Shown here one piece after another: positions 57,055-64,000 of a stretch of 64,000 nt of DNA. A program made the position numbers and the translations under genes. Each line of letters begins with the position of its first letter. The stretch's first letter is position 1. The stretch is from Candidatus Sumerlaeia bacterium (lineage in GTDB: Bacteria > Sumerlaeota > Sumerlaeia > SLMS01 > JANRJK01). The stretch is taken from NCBI GenBank assembly GCA_033764015.1, contig JANRJK010000002.1, positions 128,001 through 192,000 of the forward strand, read 5' to 3'. The notes beneath the pieces were generated by a model. The model did not search any database. It was not told the DNA's origin and was given only the letters and a program-made list of their open reading frames with translations.

Positions 57055-59562
57055 TCAGTGCGGCAGCGTCTCCATCACGACCGGGCGGTAGCCGGAAAGC
57101 GTCGGCACCGACAGGCGGAACCGGTCCACCACCCGCCCGTCCTCGGCGATCACCGTTCCGGTCAGCGAGGTCCCCTCGATGTCGAGCCGCACGAACGCGG
57201 CGGAATCCTTGTACGCGGCGACAAGGCGCTCGTTCGGGGGGATCGGCTCATCGTCCTCCAACTCCCCCGCGTTGCCGTTGATGATCTGCGGGATCGACCG
57301 CTCGCTGTTCCAGAGCCGCATGTACACGTGCACGTGCCCGGAGAGCACCGCGTGCACCGGCTGGGATCGATCGATTACCGACTGCACGGCGTGGGAAATC
57401 TTCTCGTTGGACCCTTCGTCGCCGCCGCCGCCGGTGTTCTCGATCGGGTGGTGGCTGATGAGGAAGCGCCAGCCGCGCGGATGCCAGGCCAGCTCCTCGA
57501 GCAGCCACCGCACTTGTTGCGAGTCCTTCGCGAAGAACTCGCTATCGATGATGAAGAAGTGCAGGAAGTCGCCGTAACTGGTCGTGTGGTAGCCCCGGCC
57601 ATTCAGGTTGAAGATGGGTGTCGTGAGGAAGCCCTCGCGCTTACCGCTGCTGACGTCGTGGTTCCCGAGGGCGGTGACCACCGGCACGCCGCGCTCGAGG
57701 ATCGGGGCGAATGGACGCAGGAAGTACTGGTCGAGCATCTCCTCCCACGGCTCGTCCTCGCCATAGATGTTGTCGCCGAGCAGCACAAGCGCGTCGAAGG
57801 GGTCCGCGTCGTGGCTCGCCGCCATTTGGCGGCCGATGTTCTCTTGGCGGAAATCGCCCGTGCCCGCGTCCCCCGCCAGCGCGAAGGAGAGCGACTCCGG
57901 GATGTCCTGCGGCAGTGTCGAGGCCCGCTGGAACGCGGCCATGTCGGTCTTGTCCATCGTGTTGCCGCGGTAGATCAGTTCGAAGCCCGCCGCGCGGAAC
58001 GCGTCCTCGCCGCCGAAGGTCGAGAGGTCCGAGCCGCGCACCACGAGGATCCCGGGAAGCGAATCGGGCTCCACCAGGATCGACGGGTGCTCGGGGAGCT
58101 TGCGGATCTGGTAGTCCCCGTATAGGTGGAACATGGGGCGCGACGCCTTCTCGACGGCGCCGACCACCAGGGGGAGGCTGGCCTCCCGGAGCCGCTCCGC
58201 CAAGCGCGGCGCGAAGGCGCGCGAGCTCTCCATCAGATCGCGGGAGGCGCGCACCGGCCCGAAGTACACGGCGTGCATCAGCAGCAGCGCGGCGATGGCC
58301 GTCTTGAGCGTCGTCCAGCGGCACACCCTCGGCATCAGCAGCCGGGCACCGGCCAGCGCCAACGCGACGCCCGTCCCGACCAGCAGCCCGAGCACCGGGT
58401 CGGTCGGGAAGTAGTCGAAGTACCACAACGGGGCGGGGTACTCGAACATGACGGCGGAGGCGCCGGCCACTAGGACGCCCAGAAGGAGCAGCGTGCCGCC
58501 GGCCGCCTTGGGCGCCCGTCCCGCGCGCTCCGCGGCGAGCCACACCTCGTCCAGCCACCAGGCGACCAGGATCGCCACCGCCGGGAAGAGCGGAAGCATG
58601 TACGTTGCGCGCTTTCCCGGCACGATGCACAGGAACAGGAAGGGGAGCACGGCCCAGGCGAGCACCGGGCGCAGGCGCGCGGCGTCTTCCCGGCGCGCCT
58701 TCCAGAGCGCCCACACCGCGGGGACCAGCAGCAGTCCGAAGGGGAGCGTCATCTCGGTGAAGAAGCGCTCGATGTAGTACCACGGAGGGCCGAGATGGCT
58801 GCCGCCCACAAGGCGGCCCAGGACTTCCTTCCCGGCGACCTCCTTGACCACCCCTCCGCCGCCGTTCACCGCGACCCGCGCGATCCACAGCCCGAGCGGC
58901 GCCACCAGCAGCGGCAGCGCCAGCAGCGGACGCAGCGCCTTGAGCGGCCCCGCGGAACGCCGGCGCCAAGCCTCGTAGGCCGGCGCCGCGCCAACCACCA
59001 CGAGCGCGAGCGGACCCTTGGTCCATACCGCCAGGAAAAGGAACACCCACAGCGCCGCCGCGCGCGCCGTCGGCAGCGGCCCCTCCCAATCATGCCCGAG
59101 CACGCACCAAAGCGCCGCCATGATCCAGAGCGTGAACTGGGTATCGAGCCGCACCAGGAACACCTGGTTCGCGAACTGCGGGAGGGTCGCCAGCAGCAGC
59201 GCCGCGACCAGCGCGCCGCGCGGCGACAGGAACCGCCGGGCGATCGAAAGCGTCAGCAGCACGATGCCGAGCGATGAAAGCACCGCGGGCAGCCGCACTA
59301 CCCATTCGACGAGCCGCCCCCCGGTGAGTTCCAGCATCAGCGCGTAGATGGCGAACGCCAGCGGCGGCTTCGCCGCGTACGTTTCGCCGAGGTATGTCAG
59401 CGCGGAGAGGCGCCACGTCTCCGCAAGCTCGCGCGCGACCTGCAGGTAAAGCCCCTGGTCGAAGCCAGCGATGTCGCGCACCGCCGCGATCATCAGCCAC
59501 ATTGGCAGCAGCACCGCCGTGAGGAGCACCGCGTGCGCGCCAAAGCCGCCTTTGCTGTTCAT
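57055..59562 (-). CDS. ArnT-like (GT83) glycosyltransferase fused to a C-terminal calcineurin-like metallophosphoesterase
   Basis: KPPL, RLP, TKGP, K..TYMLP; GDAG, LGDNIY, GNHD, HHP, GHVH. Confidence 0.85.
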   Translation of the reverse strand: MNSKGGFGAHAVLLTAVLLPMWLMIAAVRDIAGFDQGLYLQVARELAETWRLSALTYLGETYAAKPPLAFAIYALMLELTGGRLVEWVVRLPAVLSSLGIVLLTLSIARRFLSPRGALVAALLLATLPQFANQVFLVRLDTQFTLWIMAALWCVLGHDWEGPLPTARAAALWVFLFLAVWTKGPLALVVVGAAPAYEAWRRRSAGPLKALRPLLALPLLVAPLGLWIARVAVNGGGGVVKEVAGKEVLGRLVGGSHLGPPWYYIERFFTEMTLPFGLLLVPAVWALWKARREDAARLRPVLAWAVLPFLFLCIVPGKRATYMLPLFPAVAILVAWWLDEVWLAAERAGRAPKAAGGTLLLLGVLVAGASAVMFEYPAPLWYFDYFPTDPVLGLLVGTGVALALAGARLLMPRVCRWTTLKTAIAALLLMHAVYFGPVRASRDLMESSRAFAPRLAERLREASLPLVVGAVEKASRPMFHLYGDYQIRKLPEHPSILVEPDSLPGILVVRGSDLSTFGGEDAFRAAGFELIYRGNTMDKTDMAAFQRASTLPQDIPESLSFALAGDAGTGDFRQENIGRQMAASHDADPFDALVLLGDNIYGEDEPWEEMLDQYFLRPFAPILERGVPVVTALGNHDVSSGKREGFLTTPIFNLNGRGYHTTSYGDFLHFFIIDSEFFAKDSQQVRWLLEELAWHPRGWRFLISHHPIENTGGGGDEGSNEKISHAVQSVIDRSQPVHAVLSGHVHVYMRLWNSERSIPQIINGNAGELEDDEPIPPNERLVAAYKDSAAFVRLDIEGTSLTGTVIAEDGRVVDRFRLSVPTLSGYRPVVMETLPH

Positions 59563-59696
59563 TCCGGATGCCCGCCTTGCGGCCGTCGGTTGCGCCCGCC
59601 AAACCGCCAATTGACTACCCAACCTAGCCGGGGCGGGGGTCAAGGTATGCGGTTCGCGCTCGACCCGACCGGCGGGGCGCCGGGACCGTCCCGCCG

Positions 59697-61898
59697 ATGG
59701 GTATCGACGCTCCCGAAACATCCGCCGACGTGCGCGAACAGCTCCTCGCCGTCCTCGACCGCGTCTGGGGCTACCGCGAGTTCCGCCCGCTGCAGGAGCG
59801 CGCCATGGCGGCGGTGCTCTCGCGGCGCGATTCGCTGGTCATCCTGCCGACCGGCGGCGGGAAGTCGATCTGCTTCCAGGCTCCCGCGCTCCTGCGCGAG
59901 GGCGTCGCGCTGGTGGTCTCGCCGCTGATCTCGCTCATGCGCGACCAGGTGGCGCAGCTCCGCCAGAACGGCATCGAGGCGGGCAGCCTGCACAGCGGCC
60001 AGCCGCAGGAGGAGCGGGCCGAGGTGGCGCGCTCGCTCCGCGCCGGGCGGCTCCGCCTCCTTTACGTCTCCCCCGAACGCCTTGCCCTCGAGGACATCGA
60101 ATCGCTGCTGCTCGGCGCGCCGCTCTCCTTCATCGCCATCGACGAGGCGCACTGCATCAGCATGTGGGGGCACGACTTCCGCCCCGAGTACCGCCAGTTG
60201 GCGAGGCTCCGCGAACTCCATCCCGGCACGGACCTCCACGCCTACACCGCCACGGCCACGCCGCGCGTCGCGGACGATATCGTCCAGCAGCTCTCGCTCC
60301 GCGCGCCCGAGCTGCTCCGCGGGTCCTTCGACCGGCCTAACCTGTACTACTCCGCCAAGCCCCGGAAGGACGGCTACGACCGGCTCCTCGAGGTCGTCCG
60401 CCGCCACACCCGCGAGTCCGGGATCGTGTACTGCATCGGGCGCAAGGAGGTGGAGAAGATCGCCGACCGGCTCCGCGCGGACGGCTATTCCGCGGCGCCC
60501 TACCACGCGGGGCTCGACGCGGAGACGCGCCGCCGCAACCAGGACGACTTCATCGCCGACCGCGTCTCCATCATCGTCGGCACGACGGCCTTCGGCATGG
60601 GCATCAACAAGCCCGACGTCCGCTTCGTGGTCCACCTGTCGATGCCGAAGAGCCTCGAGAACTACCAGCAGGAGGCGGGCCGCGCCGGGCGCGACGGCCT
60701 TCCCGCCGAGTGCCTCATGCTCTACAGCTTCGGCGACGTCTTCACCTGGGAGCGCATGTCCGCGGAGGCGCCCCGGGAGCTGCAGCGCGCCGCGCGCGCG
60801 CAGCTCGACCTCATCCACGACTGGTGCGGCATCACGTCCTGCCGGCGCACGGCGCTGCTCCGCCACTTCTCGGAACGCTACCCCCTCGCGAACTGCGGCG
60901 CCTGCGACAACTGCACCGGCGGCAATCCCGCCCTGCCGGACAGCGTCGAGATCGCCCAGATGGTGCTCTCCTGCATGGTCCGCCTGAAGCAGCACGCCAC
61001 CGCCGCAACGGTTGTCGACGTGCTCGCCGGTTCCAAGTCGCCCGCCATCACCGAGGCCGGCCACGACCAGCTCTCCACCTTCGGCCTGCTCAAGAAGCGC
61101 CCGCGGACCGCTGTGGCCGACTGGCTCGCGCAGTTGCTCGACAAGGGACTCGCCGCGGCGGGGGAGGATGGCGTCCTCGCGCCGACGGAGGCGGGCTGGG
61201 AGGTGCTGCGGAAGCGTGCGCCGGTCATGCTGATCGACCGTCTCGGCGCGTCCACGGTCGCGCCCAAGGTCGCCGCGTCCGACGAACTTTCCCCCGGCGA
61301 GCAGGCGGTGTTCGAGGCATTGCGCGCGCTCCGCTCATCGATCGCGAAGGAGAAGAGAGTCGCCCCGTTCATGGTGTTCGGCGACGTGACGCTGCGCGAG
61401 CTGGCGCGCCAACGCCCCGGCTCTCCGGCGGAGTTCCGCGCGTGCAAGGGCGTCGGCGACAAGAAGGCGGCGGAGCTGGCGCAGCCTTTCCTCGCGGCGA
61501 TCCGGGCCAGCCGCGCCCGCGCCGACGCGGAATCGGGCGCGCCACCGCCCCCGCCACCTTCCGCCCCGGCGCCGAAGAAACCCGGCGGGGAGGTCGCCGC
61601 GCTCCGGCGCCGCGCCTTCGACTGCCTCGCGAAAGGGTGGGGCGTGGAGGAGATCGCGGCCGACATGGAGCGCGCTCCGTCGACCATCGCCGGCTATCTC
61701 GTCGAGCACTTCGAGGAGGAGGGCCTCACGGACGCGACCCCCTACGTTCCCGCCGAGCTGGCGGCGCGGATCGAAGCAGCGGCGATCGGATCCGAGGATG
61801 GACGCCTCGCGCCGATCCACGAAGCGCTGGGCGGCGCCGCGAGCTACCTGCAGATTCGCCTAGTCCTCGGCTGCGCGCGCCGCCGATCGGGCGGCTAG
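59697..61898 (+). CDS. recQ: ATP-dependent DNA helicase RecQ
   Basis: PTGGGKS, DEAHCIS.WGHDFRP, QEAGRAGRDG, Zn site CRR..CGACDNC, RQC, HRDC, C-terminal HTH. Confidence 0.96.
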   Translation: MGIDAPETSADVREQLLAVLDRVWGYREFRPLQERAMAAVLSRRDSLVILPTGGGKSICFQAPALLREGVALVVSPLISLMRDQVAQLRQNGIEAGSLHSGQPQEERAEVARSLRAGRLRLLYVSPERLALEDIESLLLGAPLSFIAIDEAHCISMWGHDFRPEYRQLARLRELHPGTDLHAYTATATPRVADDIVQQLSLRAPELLRGSFDRPNLYYSAKPRKDGYDRLLEVVRRHTRESGIVYCIGRKEVEKIADRLRADGYSAAPYHAGLDAETRRRNQDDFIADRVSIIVGTTAFGMGINKPDVRFVVHLSMPKSLENYQQEAGRAGRDGLPAECLMLYSFGDVFTWERMSAEAPRELQRAARAQLDLIHDWCGITSCRRTALLRHFSERYPLANCGACDNCTGGNPALPDSVEIAQMVLSCMVRLKQHATAATVVDVLAGSKSPAITEAGHDQLSTFGLLKKRPRTAVADWLAQLLDKGLAAAGEDGVLAPTEAGWEVLRKRAPVMLIDRLGASTVAPKVAASDELSPGEQAVFEALRALRSSIAKEKRVAPFMVFGDVTLRELARQRPGSPAEFRACKGVGDKKAAELAQPFLAAIRASRARADAESGAPPPPPPSAPAPKKPGGEVAALRRRAFDCLAKGWGVEEIAADMERAPSTIAGYLVEHFEEEGLTDATPYVPAELAARIEAAAIGSEDGRLAPIHEALGGAASYLQIRLVLGCARRRSGG

Positions 61899-62509
61899 CG
61901 CGCCACCGGCACCGCGCCTCCGCGGAGGTTCGTCCGCGCATCGGCGAATCCCGTGTCGGCGGCTTTCCAGGCGGCATGGCACTCGCCGAACAGCGTCGTA
62001 TCCACACCGAGCCAGAGCGCGATCCGCCCCGCCGCGATCGGCGAGCCGGACAGCGCCCCCAGCGCCGCCTCGCGATCGGCCTCGCGGAGCCGCTTCCGCC
62101 AGACGCGCTCCGTCGGCGCCAGGTCGCCCAGCGCCTCGGACAGCAGCGCGTGCGCCTGCCGGTCGTCCAGCCCCTCGAACCGTTCGAGCCACTCCGGGCG
62201 CAGATGCTCGGCGAAGCACTCCGCCACATGCACCGCGGCGTCGTTGAGCACCAAGGCGGCGCGTTCCACCTCGCGAGCATCCTCTTCGAGGACCCAGTGG
62301 GCCGCCGCCTTGCCGTCGGCGCCGATCAGCGTCCACGGCGGCACGCGGAACCTCGCGGCGCACAGAGGGCACCGCATCTCCCAACTCTCGTCCCGCGCAT
62401 CCCGCCGAAGCACCTCGCCAGGCGTCGCTCGGCGGATCCGGACCGCAAGGCCGTCGCCGCAAGGGCATGGGTAGGGAGTCGTGAGGAAGAGTTCCGCGCG
62501 CCGCGCCAA
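61895..62509 (-). CDS. Hypothetical protein with N-terminal zinc ribbon
   Basis: CPCG and CPLC pairs; TTG start with AAAGG upstream; fills the gap after recQ. Confidence 0.5.
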   Translation of the reverse strand: MARRAELFLTTPYPCPCGDGLAVRIRRATPGEVLRRDARDESWEMRCPLCAARFRVPPWTLIGADGKAAAHWVLEEDAREVERAALVLNDAAVHVAECFAEHLRPEWLERFEGLDDRQAHALLSEALGDLAPTERVWRKRLREADREAALGALSGSPIAAGRIALWLGVDTTLFGECHAAWKAADTGFADARTNLRGGAVPVAR

Positions 62510-62701
62510 GGAGTGCCTTTCAAGGGGACCGTTCGACTGGTTGGACAATAGCCTGAAAGGCGGTCCGCTTTGCAAGCCCTGCTTCCAACGGTGCCCGGCG
62601 CCGGTGAAGGGACCGCGCCCCCGCGCGTAAGCCAATCCAGCAGGTGGCGGCGTCCGGGTTCCGGACGCCTCCGCAACGCATCCATCCCCGGAGCACCCCC
62701 G

Positions 62702-64000
62702 ATGCGCCTAAAGGCATCACTCAGGAACGCCCTACCGGTCATCACCGCGGCCGCGGCGATTTTCTCCACTCAACCCGCCCCCGCCGCTCCCCCCGAGCCC
62801 GGTGTCGTGATCGAAGACAAGAAGGGCGCGCTGCCCTACCGGCAGACCACCCTCGAAAACGGCATGCGCATCATCAGCGTCGAGGACTTCTCCGTCCCCA
62901 TCGCCGCTGTGCAGGTGTGGTACGAAGTCGGCTCGAAGAACGAGCGCACGGACCGCAACGGCTTCGCGCACATGTTCGAGCACATGATGTTCCGCGGCAC
63001 CGAGTTCACCGGCTCCAAAGACCACTTCGAATACATCCGCAAGGTCGGCGGCACCAACAACGCCTATACCGCCTTCGACAACACCACCTACATCCAGACC
63101 GTCCCGGCCAACCAGTTGGAAATGATCATCTGGCTCGAGTCGGAGCGGCTCGCGTTCCTCAAGGTGGACGACGAGGCGTTCCAGACGGAGCGCAAGGTCG
63201 TCGAGGAGGAGTTGCGGCTCCGCGCCGAGCAGCCGTTCGGCACAGTGCCGGAGAAGCTGCTCGCGGAAATGTTCGAAGGCTCCCCGTACGCCTGGACCCC
63301 CGGCGGCAGCATCTCGCACTTGCGGCAGGCGCCCACCAGCGAGCTGCAGGAGTTCTGGGAGACCTACTACGTGCCGAACAACGCCACGCTTGTGGTGGTC
63401 GGCGCCGTGAAGCACCGCGAAGTCGAGCGCCTCGCGCGCAAGTACTTCGGTTGGATGCCGCGCTACCCGGACCCGCCGCGCCCCGTCATCGAGACCCCCG
63501 CGCAGGACGGGCCCCGGACGATCACCATCAAGGAGGACAAGGCGCCGGTCACCGTCGTCGGCGTCGGCTACTTCGGCGTCCCCTCCGGCCATGACGACGA
63601 AATGGCGCTCACGATGCTCTCCACGATCCTGGGCGGCGGCGAGTCGAGCCGGCTTTACCGGCGCCTCGTGAACGAGTCGGAGTCCGCGGTCATCGCGGCC
63701 GCCGGCGCATTCTCGCTGCAGGACTCCGGCATCGTCGGCGCCGCCGCCGTGCTGCCCCCGATCGGCGGCGACAAGGAGAAGGCGCGCACCGAGCTGATGG
63801 CCGAGATCGCCCGCATCAAGGACGAAGGCGTCACCGAGGAGGAGCTCGACAAGGCGCGCAACAACATGCTGCGCGACGAGGTCGCCAAGCTCTCCACGGT
63901 CGACTCCAAGGCCTCCGCGATCGGCCAGGCCGCCGTCATCGAGGGCGACATCACCCGCGTGAACAGCAAGATCGACAGCATCCGCGCCGTCACTCGCGAA
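62702..64000 (+). CDS. Exported M16 (pitrilysin-family) zinc peptidase, 3' truncated; absent from the ORF track
   Basis: My translation: MRLKASLRNALPVITAAAA.., TLENGMRI, WYEVGSKNE, GFAHMFEHMMFRGT (HxxEH), NAYT.FD.T.Y, YYVPNNA. Confidence 0.93.
   Translation, partial: MRLKASLRNALPVITAAAAIFSTQPAPAAPPEPGVVIEDKKGALPYRQTTLENGMRIISVEDFSVPIAAVQVWYEVGSKNERTDRNGFAHMFEHMMFRGTEFTGSKDHFEYIRKVGGTNNAYTAFDNTTYIQTVPANQLEMIIWLESERLAFLKVDDEAFQTERKVVEEELRLRAEQPFGTVPEKLLAEMFEGSPYAWTPGGSISHLRQAPTSELQEFWETYYVPNNATLVVVGAVKHREVERLARKYFGWMPRYPDPPRPVIETPAQDGPRTITIKEDKAPVTVVGVGYFGVPSGHDDEMALTMLSTILGGGESSRLYRRLVNESESAVIAAAGAFSLQDSGIVGAAAVLPPIGGDKEKARTELMAEIARIKDEGVTEEELDKARNNMLRDEVAKLSTVDSKASAIGQAAVIEGDITRVNSKIDSIRAVTRE

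Noticed and set aside
59611..59643. TTGAC...GTCAA inverted repeat between divergent genes as an IS end or operator
   Set aside because: Short and imperfect, no transposase; compatible with promoter -35 boxes or chance
62585..62640. Cobalamin-riboswitch-like fragments (CCGGTGAA..GCCCCCGC..GTAA)
   Set aside because: Lacks the GGGAA and B12-box elements; downstream gene is unrelated to B12

Overview
GC-rich bacterial chromosome segment, almost fully coding, with about 50 genes. I see no rRNA, tRNA, CRISPR array, transposase or prophage. A pilin-like protein with the 'PNFLEAQTRSK..RVKSDMRTLATGIESY.VD.N.YP' signature suggests Candidatus Sumerlaeota (BRC1); this is inference from recall. Housekeeping genes: mutL, miaA, PII, glnA, malQ, pepA, cysteine desulfurase, argH, fahA, rsmB, psd-pssA, recQ and an M16 peptidase. 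Envelope genes: opgG-orf-opgH, GT2/GT4 enzymes, four GT-C-like membrane proteins and a 1681-aa repeat surface protein. There are three PilT-family ATPases and a Ser/Thr-kinase signalling cluster. The best candidate for an undescribed system is the AT-rich mutL/activator intergenic region (2374-2679). On the minus strand it holds a sigma54 -24/-12 promoter, an IHF-like site, a palindromic enhancer about 110 bp upstream, and a ~110-nt three-hairpin transcript with an anti-Shine-Dalgarno loop and an intrinsic terminator. It is divergent from an FHA-domain sigma54 activator, a luxO/qrr1-like layout possibly driven by phosphothreonine. Second best is a translationally coupled pair of pseudokinases converging on a nucleotide-cyclase/Ser-Thr-kinase/TM/TPR fusion. 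All assignments are by eye; no searches were run.
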